From: Octopus sinensis
Lineage: Eukaryota
Assembly (NCBI RefSeq): GCF_006345805.1
Contig: NC_043009.1
Coordinates: 60,078,001-60,142,000 of the forward strand
Reading direction: 5' to 3'
Length of the DNA stretch: 64,000 nucleotides
Part shown: positions 50,361 through 64,000 of the stretch, piece by piece
Position numbering within the stretch: the stretch's first letter is position 1
Layout of the letters: each line of letters opens with the position of its first letter
Program-made: the position numbers and the translations under genes
Notes under the pieces: generated by a model
The model's database searches: none
Told to the model about the DNA's origin: nothing
Seen by the model: the letters and a program-made list of their open reading frames with translations, nothing else

Positions 50361-51759
50361 ATATATATAATATATATACGTATAGAGAGAGGGGTAGAGA
50401 GGAAGAGAAAAGAAGAGAGAGAAGAAATGGAAAGTGAGAAAGAGAAACAAAGAGAGAAGTGGGGATAGATGACACAAAAATTAGACTATTTTATCTACTG
50501 ACTAAAACAAAGAGGTGTGATCGCCAGCCCTCCTATGCCGGACCACTCTAATTCTGTGCATCTGATCAAAACATTTTTCAGAGTCATATCTCTCTTATTT
50601 TCAAGTAAATTCCACAGGGTTTTACGTTTCACTGGGGAAATTCTTGGAGCTATTTCTGAACTATATTTTTGTTTGGTTTCAAGTGCTGTTTTAATATCAG
50701 TTCAAATCGTTCTGGGAGACTGTATAGAGAAACGAAAAACGAAAATTCAACTGACATATTCTTCATTTCAAATACCAGGTGAACAGGAGAATCAGGTCGC
50801 CAAATGGCGCTCCATTTACTCAAGAAAATGTTCACCATCTATATTATCATAATTAATATTGTATTGAGCATTCTGTGTCTGTGTGTATGTATATAAATAT
50901 ACGTATATACATATATATGTGTCTATACATATAAGCATAACTTAAGAAAAAATTGCTCAGAAGGACGACGCAGAAACACACGGAAGAAAATCAACCGCAA
51001 GACGTGGGCATTCTCTTCCCAAAATTATAATTTGATTTTAAAGGATATCAAAACTGCTATGCAATTTAACTTTGATATTTCCTTCATTAAATTACTCGTT
51101 CATTTTCTTCGTAACATTCTTCAATTAGTAATAACGTCGTATGAATTATTTCGAATTTACTTCACACCTGAAGATCTTTAATTAAAGTAATTGCACAGTT
51201 TAAGTGGTTAGTAGTGCATTTGGTGCTGATATTGTTCTTAGTGTTGTTGTTCTCTTTCTATTATTCGTCATATAAAGAAAATATATTAATATTGATATAT
51301 AAGCATGTGTATGTGTATGTTTAGATATGTATATTTGCGTGTGCGTGTCTGTGTGTGTGTACAATTATGTATGAAGTGTGTATGTATGTATGTATGCATA
51401 TATGTATATATGTATATAAGAAAACAGTGAAGGCTTCTAGAAAATATAATGAATAATGCTGTTTTGTGTAGTCTTTCTTTTTCATCATTTGCAACTTTTT
51501 GTGTGTTCGTAGTAGACCATGTGTGACAGTGTGTTTGTGTGTCTTTACTGCTGGTATTGTACATAATATATACTTTTGTAAGCTGTCTGCTTGCAAAGCA
51601 GCTTAATATATTACAGTTTTTTTGCATCCTATTGAAATGATTTTTCAGTGTATGTAACACACTACATGAAACTCTATGTACAAATACTTCGGGGTTTTTC
51701 AAACACTTCTATAGTCCAGATATTTCTAACTCTTTGAAACAACCCACCCACAACATACA

Positions 51760-53690
<1,931 letters not shown>

Positions 53691-53786
53691 ATAATTAAGA
53701 AAATTCTTGATGACATGCATTGATGAATGGCTTTAAATTATCAATAGTGAATGGATTAGATTAAAGAACTAATAGTATATATATGC

Positions 53787-53818
<32 letters not shown>

Positions 53819-54337
53819 GTATATATATATATATACACATATATATATATATAAGGATACAGACAAAGAGATATGAGACACTCGTGATTTTTGTTGTTTA
53901 TGTCGGTGTGTGTTTGCTTTTGCCATATTTAATGTCGTTTATAAAAATTAATTGGCTGTGATTGTAATGAATCATAAAAATGAATGTGATTTAATCAAGC
54001 GAAAAATATTTTAAACAAACCTGCAGTTCTGTGCCACCCACTCTCTTTGATTTTTTTATGCATATTCGGTTTTATTGCGTTTTAAATGTAGAATATTTTC
54101 AGTTCGCTTTTTAAAATGCCTCTTTCCTGCCTGCCTAACAAGCAACCATTTGTTACTTGTTAAATTACGATCCGAATTCTTTTGGGATTATATATATAAC
54201 TCTTAACAAACTTTGTGACCCATGAAACGCTTTTGCTATTAATTAACAATCCCTAGACTTGCTGTTATTTAACACCTGATTTCTATACAGCCAGATCATA
54301 GTATGTAAATACATAAACCATTATATAATATATATAT

Positions 54338-54404
<67 letters not shown>

Positions 54405-54444
54405 CATATATATAATATATATATATCTATATACATATATATAT

Positions 54445-54481
<37 letters not shown>

Positions 54482-54958
54482 TATATATATATATATTATA
54501 ATATCTATATATATATATATTAATTATATATATATATAATGTATGTATGTATGTATGTATATATATACATTATATACATACATATGTACACACACATATT
54601 GCGTATGGACAGTTCAGAGTGGCATACTCATATTACAACTGGAAGATTCATTATCATATAGCTCCACAAGTAATGTGAGTTAAGTTCTGAAGTTCTCCGT
54701 CATATATGAAGATATTGTTCATATTTTAAAAATCGGGAATACTTCAGTTATTATGATCCAAAATTTTAGAATTTTTCCCGTATTACATGTGAAACCAGAT
54801 GATGGCGAAATTTTATGTTGTAATGTTAGTATATCCGGCTGCTAATGAAAATATATTGGACTCTGCAATTAAGCATTGAATTCTGTTTTGTGCTATGTTT
54901 CATATGGAAGTAACATACATATTCATATGAAAAATAACATACTCATATACATACATAT

Positions 54959-55033
<75 letters not shown>

Positions 55034-55034
55034 A

Positions 55035-55077
<43 letters not shown>

Positions 55078-55237
55078 TATACATACAAAATATATATATA
55101 TATATATACGTATATACTATATGCATGTATATATACATATATATGTATACATATATATATATCTACTTATATATTGTGTATGTATATATATTTATTAATA
55201 TAATATATATATATATGTAAAATATATATATGTATGT

Positions 55238-55312
<75 letters not shown>

Positions 55313-57039
55313 TGCCGTATCGTGTACTTGTATAAGATTTGCAAGTTAATATTATATAGAAAATATATAAAACATGTTCACTGGCTGTGATCTTTAAAAT
55401 GAAAACAAAAACAAAATTTTTTATACAAGAAAAATGCAGTTGTTTTAAAATTTGCTTTTAATGAAAACTTTATTACTTAATTTTTATATTTAAATTGCTT
55501 TCCTGCATTTATTTTTTTAGGATCGTTTACAATCTGTTTTATTTTGCTCTTTTTCTGACATTACAATTATTAAAATAACTCTGCTTGTTCCCTGTATAAG
55601 AAAATTATTCTTTGCCATTTACTTTTCCACTAATGTCACGTAGTTGATACGGTAGTTACACTGTATGCTTAGTTAGTGCTAACACATCGACTACAGATAT
55701 CGTTTACTCTCTAAACGAAATATATTTTTCTATGCCAGCCCGTGTACAATTTTGCGATTTATTTAGTGATTATCCTAGTTTCCTCCCACTTGTCGCCAAA
55801 ATAATGAAATTCATGATTGATAAATAATATTTTTTTCTTTCTCACCGTATTAATTATTGCTAATTAGAGTCGCTACGTTCTCTGCACGAAATATGTTAAT
55901 ACTTAATTAACTATATTTTACTTTTTGTATTTGACCCAGCTTTATGATTGGTCGTTGACCAAGCTCTGCGGCAGCAACGTGTGTTTAAGAAATCTTACAA
56001 ACTTCGTTGTTTACTAGTGCCCGTATATAGCAAATATTTATTTGTCAGCGAGTGGAACATATCAGTTAAGATTACGTTACAAAAACAAATAAAAAACATT
56101 TTGTTTTAATGACTGTGGAGATTATGGTGGTAGTGGTGGTGGTGGTTATGACTTTTGCAAGAAATTTCATAGATTTATGTATAGAATGGAAAATTTGGTG
56201 TGGCTCACACGTAAGTATGTGCGGATATATGTACTTATCTTGAGATGTATATATATATATATATGTGTGTGTGTGTCTGTGTGGAAATTCGTACATGCAT
56301 CCGTATATACATACATATATACGTGTGAGACGTCATCTAATTGATGTCATTGTCAAACTTCTTGTAAAATTTAATATAAATGCACTCCATTAAGATATAT
56401 TAAGTAATCCTTCAGTTTAATAATCGTTTTTGTATATGACTTCATATTAAAAGCAAACATACAAACATTAATACATATATGTATATAAGCGTGTGTGTGT
56501 GTACACATACTCACACACACAAAACACAAGCTCAAAACACATACAAACAGTATATAAAAAGTATTATAAATTATATATATATATAATATATAATATATAT
56601 ATAATAATATAAATAATAATATAATAAATATATAAAATATATTATATTAATATATATATTATATATATATATATATAATTTGGAGTACGTGTGAATTATA
56701 TTAATAGGGGGAATTAAAAAGAAGACCAAAAGACATTCAAATATTTAAATGAAAATAAATTTCTCTTAATTTTTCTATGAACACATTTCGTTAATGATTT
56801 AAGTAAATTTATCAAAATAACATAAAACAGAAACTAAAACGACCAACGTTTGCAGTTTGAACAATTCTATCTCAAAATACAATATTACGTCTACGGCGAG
56901 ATAAGTAGGTAAGTCACGCTTTTGATTTCGAGCAGAGAATCTGTGTCCATTTTCACCACAAACACAACAAATGCTGTTGTTTGGGAAATGGGAAGAAATG
57001 TCTCAACTTTCATAGCTCTTCCTTACATAGCCTCTCCCC

Positions 57040-57072
57040 TAATAATAATACTGATGATGATAATAAAAATAA

Positions 57073-57103
<31 letters not shown>

Positions 57104-57220
57104 AATAATAAGGATAATAGTAATTATGATAATAATAATAATGATAATAATAATAATAATAATAATAATAAGGATAATTATGATAATAATTATAATTAGG
57201 ATATAATAAGGATAATTATG

Positions 57221-57256
<36 letters not shown>

Positions 57257-57448
57257 TAATAAAAAATAATATAATAATAATAATAATAATAATAAGGATA
57301 ATATATTATGAATAATAAATAATATAATAATAATAATAATAATAATAATTAATATAATAATAATAATCTATAATAATAATATGATAATAATAATAATAAG
57401 GATAATTATGATAATAATTATAATTAGGATATAATAAGGATAATTATG

Positions 57449-57503
<55 letters not shown>

Positions 57504-57712
57504 GGGTAATAGTAATTATGATAATAATAATAATAATAATAATAATATAAGGATAATTATGATAATAATTATAATTAGGATTATAAGAAATGAATTATGA
57601 TAATAATATAATAATAATTAATAATAATAATAAATAATAATAATAATAAGGATAATAGTAATTATGATAATAATAATAATATTAATAATAATAATATAAT
57701 AATAATAATAAC

Positions 57713-57774
<62 letters not shown>

Positions 57775-57780
57775 TAATCA
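57040..57780. repeat. Degenerate (TAA)n array with a higher-order unit
   Basis: aaggataattatgataataattataattaggat recurs at ~57170, ~57398 and ~57549. Confidence 0.9.
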
Positions 57781-58475
57781 TTCCTCGTAAATCTAATAAA
57801 AACGTTCAAAATTTGTGTGCTGTTGTATAAGCACACACGCAGACATAGACACACATACACACACTCACATTCACACTCATAAGCACAGACTCTCTCACAC
57901 ACACAGACACGCACACACGCGCACACACATATAAATATTCTCTGATATTTTTCGTTATCAAGTAGGTTTTGTTGGTGGTCTTGCTGGTGTTGATGTTGCT
58001 TTTGTTGTTTATGTTTAGCCTCTGGTCAAACCTAATTCACACCAGACGTTTCATCAAATCTGTCCCAGCTGTGATGACAAATCTCTTATTTTTGTTTGTA
58101 CCATAATCTCCATTAATTTTATATAATCTGCAATTTTGTTCTTCCTTTTTGGTTTATTTTAATAAATTGCTGGTGCATTCATTTTTAATATAGTGAGTTG
58201 TGATTTGAGAAGAGAAAGATTTGCCTTGAATTCTAGATAACCAAATAACCATGCCGAGGCTCCTCAAATTGACGTCTTTGTAGCTGTTGTACAAGGCCCA
58301 GTCCAATGTTGATCGAGGATATATATATATATATAATATATATATATATATTATATACATATATATATATATACATAATATATTATACATATATATATAT
58401 AATACATATATATATAAGACATCTCATACGTAGGTAGTTACTGAACCACTAAGTACGATCCACAGAGCTGTGATT

Positions 58476-58734
58476 CCAGATATGCCATTGCTCCATCTAG
58501 TTGAACTCTGGGTATACCATACCTCCGTTAAATCGAATCCTCTGAATATGGCATATCTTCGTCTAAGTTAAGAGATCTGTACATGCCGTACCTCCGTTTA
58601 ATTAAGCTCTGGATATGCCACATCCACTCATTCGATGTGCTCTGTAAGTTCAGATATGCTATAACTCCATCTAATAGAAGAAGTCTGAATATGCCATACA
58701 TTTCTGTCTCAAGGAAGATGTCCGGCTATGCCTT
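58476..58734. repeat. Degenerate ~31-36 bp minisatellite, about 8 units
   Basis: Approximate consensus CTGRATATGCCATACCTCCRTCTAATTRARCT. Confidence 0.75.
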
Positions 58735-59077
58735 CAGATTAGATGAGAATTATCAAGTCGTATCAATATATGGTCTTGAACTTAGACAAAAATTCATTCT
58801 TAAATATATAGTATGTGTGTCGCCCAATCGTGTGTTCTCTCCGTACTTAATCTTCAAATTGTTTCAATGAGTATATTTTCTTTCTTTGTTTTTTTTTCTG
58901 TTATTGCCTTAACATTTTATTTCATAACAAAAATGGAATTCCGTCTGTTTGGTCAATTGAAAACAATTGACACAGTTCAAAACATGGTGAAAAAATGGTG
59001 ATCATCAAATTCATAATTTGAAAATAACATTATATCATCCTAACAAAATGTATATTTAACTTAGCGTAATCATGTAT

Positions 59078-59127
<50 letters not shown>

Positions 59128-59135
59128 CATATATA

Positions 59136-59199
<64 letters not shown>

Positions 59200-59221
59200 C
59201 ATATATATATACATAATATAT

Positions 59222-59282
<61 letters not shown>

Positions 59283-60097
59283 GTATGTAAGTATGTATGT
59301 ATGTATATATTTACTTCACATAGTGACTGAAAAAAGGGACAGTACCTTCGGGAAACGAAACACAAATCTTTTTCGTGACAGAGGAAAATTCCAAGACACA
59401 TCATTGCGTATCTCTCTGGATTTCATTTTCCTCTCGCAAATAAAGCATTGCCAAACTTTTATCTCAGCACGGACCAGTCACGTGTTTCGTGTACAATGAC
59501 ATACTTAACAACTTTGACCTGCCATCAAGAGATTCATGTTTCGAATTCTGAGAGGAGCGAATTAATCAGTAATTATTTTTATCATCAATTTCTCTTTTTT
59601 TCTCTCTCTCTCTTTAAAATATTGTCTATGAAATGATAACTGATAGTATTGATTATCCACGAGTTTTATATTCTAATATACACCGCATAAATATATATAT
59701 ATATAATATATATATATATATACATACATATATACATATATACATATATACATATATGTGATTGTGTTTGTATGTGCGGACGAATTTAAACACACATATA
59801 TATGCATGTATGTATATTTATGTATACATACCTATACACATATACGTATATATGTAAATATATATAAAAACACGCAATATTTATACTATACATGTATATA
59901 TATATATATACATGTACATATATATCTAACTTTAAATGTACATACATATAGGTATGTCTATATAATATACTATGCGTATAATATACATGCATATATGTAC
60001 ATGTATATATGCATATATATGCATATATTTACATATATATATATTTTAAATGATATATATACATACATATATACATAAAATACATACATATATATAC

Positions 60098-60149
<52 letters not shown>

Positions 60150-60247
60150 CTGGTCCTAGTAGTGAGTGAGCATTTACTTTCAAATTCTCAACCGGAATTT
60201 AAAATATCTATATACACATTCTTTTCTTTGTTAGTATACAGCTATAT

Positions 60248-60289
<42 letters not shown>

Positions 60290-60734
60290 ACGTGATGTTT
60301 ATGTATATATATATGTATATATATATATGTGTATATATAATATATATATATATATTCATATATATATTTATCTATATTTCAATATTAAAATAAACATGAA
60401 CATCAATATGTACATGTGTACATACATATACGTGTCTCTATATACATATTATATATATGGATAAATATATGCATAAATGCATATATATACAAGCATATAT
60501 TTATATATGTATATATATATATATATACATTATATACATATATATATATATATGCATTGAAATCTATCTAGACTTGGGTCTAGATTTTATGATTCTTCCA
60601 TTTTTTTTCTCTCTTCAATGATTTTTCTCATTTTTCACACTTTCCTTTTCTCATTCTGCCTACATACTTATACAAAAAAACCTACATACCTACGTATATA
60701 TACATGTGTATATATATGTATGTATATTATATAG

Positions 60735-60778
<44 letters not shown>

Positions 60779-60818
60779 TATATATATATATGTCTGTATA
60801 TATATATATATATATATA

Positions 60819-60868
<50 letters not shown>

Positions 60869-61763
60869 ATATATATATAATCATATAATATATATAACAT
60901 ACGTGCATGATATATGCAGATATAATATGTATTTGTGTATGTATCAATGTATGTATAATTCTCCCCATCTTCTCTTATTCTCTCTTCCTCTCTCTCTCTC
61001 CCTCTCTCTTCCTCTCCCTCACCTCTCTCTGTTTCTCTGAATTTCTCTTTCCTTTACCCTTTCTCTCATTTCTGATTACATATCTGTTCAAAGATTTCTC
61101 AAAATTTCCCATTATTATAAACATCTTAAATGCATGCATCTCTTATGAATAAAACTGATGAGATAAATTTCAATATGCACTAATGTTTATAAATATTTGT
61201 TTGTTTTTTTAATTAGTGTTTTTTATGTGATTTGTTCTTATTCTTCTCTGCATTTTCAATTATACATTTTTTTAAATTTGAAATTTACTTTTCTAATTTT
61301 TTTTTCTACCACAATTTCAAGAAGAAAAAGAAGAAACTGAAATAAAGAATTCTTCTGCTCATCTTCGTAATTGCCATATGTTTGAGATTCGAAGAGTCTC
61401 AATTGAATAACGTGATTTTCGTCAAAATGAACCATTTTATTCACACACACATATACACACACAGATATACATACCCATATATGTATATCTAGGTACGTGT
61501 ATAGTTTTATGTATATCTATATGCATATATATATATATATGCATATATGTATGTGTGTGTAGGTGTGTGCGTATCTATTTGTATATATATATATGTAAAT
61601 TATTCTTCTGTAGTAAATAAAACAAGAAATCTAATTGGATTATACATTTTTGTTCTTTGTGCTTCATTTCACTCCTCTCTACGTCTCAAATATTATTTAC
61701 TTAATAATCGTATATGTATTATGTATAGCTATCTATGTATCTGCATATATATATAGAGAGAAT

Positions 61764-61937
61764 TCACAAAAAAAATGAAGACAGGTGGTGTAGACAACAA
61801 ATAGATGTATTAGTATAACACTCGGGAAGTGAAAAAGTTTTTAACGTTTCGAGCCTACGCTCTTCCACAGAACGGAACACAGAAAGAAACAGTGAAGAAA
61901 AATATGAAGAAAATAAAGAATGTGTAATGGCTAGCGA
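61764..61937 (-). mobile_element. Short PLE-type repeat with minimal hammerhead-like motif
   Basis: Minus strand CTGTGGA a GAGC gtag GCTC GAAA cg TT at 61870-61843. Confidence 0.55.
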
Positions 61938-61954
61938 GTATATAATATATATAT

Positions 61955-62043
<89 letters not shown>

Positions 62044-62079
62044 GCATACATAGATGTATATACTGCATATCCTCCCCTA

Positions 62080-63850
62080 TTCTATGAAGAAGAATATCCA
62101 CAAAGCATCTGACAGGATCGACACAAGATGGTCAATTATTAAAGTGGGTATCATCAGAATAATGCAGTGGAAAGTGTATTTTCACAACCACTAAACGATT
62201 TCACTAAAATCTATGTTCATGTAAACATCTAAAACTAACCACCTTGGATTCAATTATTCCGTAACGCTGAAGCAAAACCCTTAGAGATACCTTGGTCGTT
62301 AAGATTTTTTAAAATATTGTAATGATTTCCAAGAAATACTGTAATCAGACATCATAACTTTTAAGAACTCTAACGAAACCTTCACATTTTAAGACAAGAT
62401 GAAACATTTATACAAATTCTATGAAGACGGGATATGCTATCAAAAAAAGAAAACTCTCAAAATTACAGAAAATTTAACTCAAATACCTATGGTGATATTT
62501 ACTATAAAGCAAAATAAATATCGTGGCACCAAATTTATATAAGGAAATGCAGTGCTTAACGTACTTTTTGTTTAACTCTTAAGAACAACAAGAATATCAG
62601 TAGAAAACATAGTGCAGGCTAATAAACCTTGTCAGAGTGAGCTTGCATAAGTTAGCAAACACTGCATTACTGATATATTTCAACGATACCACCAACTGCA
62701 AATTTACCCAATTCGATATTGTCGAATTCTAGCCCTCACTTTCAAAGACACGCGTTACAAGGACCTTGAAATTTGGAAAGGCGTTTTACGACATTACGCA
62801 TACCAACTGTCGCTAATTTTTATCAATAACTCATAGAAATATTTCGTTAACTCAACAAATGAAAAAGAAGCCTATGAAGGAATCCATAGATTAAAGGATG
62901 TAACCTGCTTTCTCTTCAGTTTTTCCCTACTCACCAGTCAAACGGAATTTTAATTTTGAAATTTACGTACTTGTTCGTCTGAATGAATTGTGATATTTTG
63001 TAACTGAAGCTTTCTATCAGGCTATCAAGCATTGGTGTTCACAAGAACTCGATGTATTCAATTTCTATCTCCACTTATTAAAACGATATGATAAACGTCG
63101 CCCTTTTCAAGCCTAGCTAGGCTCATGGGCCCGGTTTTCCGGTTTCTGTGGCGTATGTGTTACCCCAGCTGGACGGGACGCCATTCCACCGGGCGTTGTG
63201 TATGTTTATTGAGCGAAAACACCTAAAAAAACTTCACGAGGTTCCGGCAAGGGGTGGTGGCGACCCCTGTTGTACTCTTTCGCCCCAACTTTCTCTCATT
63301 CTTTCTTCCTGTTTCTTGAGTAATGCTGGGGGGAACACATACTCCACAAAAACCGGTTAACCGGGCCCATGAGCCTGGCTAGTCTTGAAAAGGGCGAAAA
63401 GAAAAGAAAGAATATGGTTTATTAGACCATTACAGTAAATCTAACATTACCAAGAATTTCTTAAACCTAATTTAAAAATAATTTGAATGAGACACAAATA
63501 TTCCAAATTGTTCAATCAGATATATTTATTAGTTATCGTGACAAAGAACAGAATGTACGGAATATCGTGGCATTTAGTAAGAGCCTTTACTACCAAAGAA
63601 TTTCAGAGACTCGGTGAATAAATCGTCAAAAAACCATGAGAATAATACAAGATGTAAACCGACGCTTCAGAGGACATAAACTACAACTGCTAAAGTAGAA
63701 GGTTATGTACTTTCAGTGACTTATGTAAGACTGAAACTGTAATTTAGTTAGCCATTGTTTCCGTTCCCAGAGATACAGAACCTCCGATATGGTATATCAG
63801 AATACGCGAAGGTAGTCTCAAACGTCAGTAGTTAAACCAAAATTCCACAT
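62080..63850 (+). pseudogene. Decayed Penelope-like RT/GIY-YIG ORF, interrupted by a SINE fold-back
   Basis: IIRIMQWKVYF (cf. IKRMRWKAFF), NDFQEIL*SDI...DKMKHLYK (cf. ADKTxNLY), LTLKNNK (cf. ITLKDHK), CRLIN/QSELA*VSK, CKFTQFDIVEF*PSLS (cf. FDIxEFYPSI, ~62697-62745), then SNITKNFLNLI*K*F...KYSKLFN (~63440-63515). Confidence 0.8.
63099..63396. mobile_element. Fold-back made of an inverted SINE C tail plus a headless SINE C body and tail
   Basis: Arms 63099-63169 and 63325-63396 are inverted copies; the centre matches the family C body. Confidence 0.8.
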
Positions 63851-64000
63851 TTCTACATAATGTTCACAAATAAACATTGCACCATTTTCAATACATATAT
63901 AAGACTGGAAGGAAAAACTGCGCTGAAATTTTAGAATCATTCGGTCTACATTGAACTTCTGCAACATCAGCTTCATGCATCACAATTGCGATAAATTTTT

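Noticed and set aside
50517-50852. 111-aa non-repetitive ORF
   Set aside because: GTG start, no recognisable domain and no clear splice sites; compatible with chance.
58476-58734. CRISPR-like appearance of the repeat array (also the SINE A multimers)
   Set aside because: Eukaryotic context, degenerate contiguous units without unique spacers, and no cas genes.
59322-59362. CTGAAAA...GAAAcg hammerhead-like motif
   Set aside because: Lacks G8 and the UH cleavage site, and stem I is poor.

Overview
AT-rich eukaryotic non-coding DNA, most likely from an octopus or other coleoid cephalopod (inferred from the tRNA-derived SINE families and the extreme (TA)n, (CA)n, (TTA)n and (TACA)n load). I found no supportable host protein-coding exon; almost all ORFs in the track are microsatellite read-throughs. 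The window holds layered mobile elements: at least four SINE families, decayed Penelope-like (PLE), R4/Dong and CR1/L2-like LINE fragments, a mariner transposase pseudogene and mariner MITE, a piggyBac-like TTAA MITE and two non-autonomous Helitrons, plus a 100-N gap. The main signals are: (1) ORF-less, terminally redundant ~460-500 bp units carrying type I hammerhead ribozymes with palindromic stem III (an apparently intact one at 3096-3166, two more at 19077-19636), i.e. retrozyme-like or non-autonomous PLE elements; (2) two SINE insertions flanked by very long direct repeats (171 bp and ~115 bp) that look like giant target-site duplications; (3) SINE multimers with a fixed junction and SINE module swapping; (4) several fold-back structures that would form long dsRNA. 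All calls were made by eye; no database search or folding program was run.
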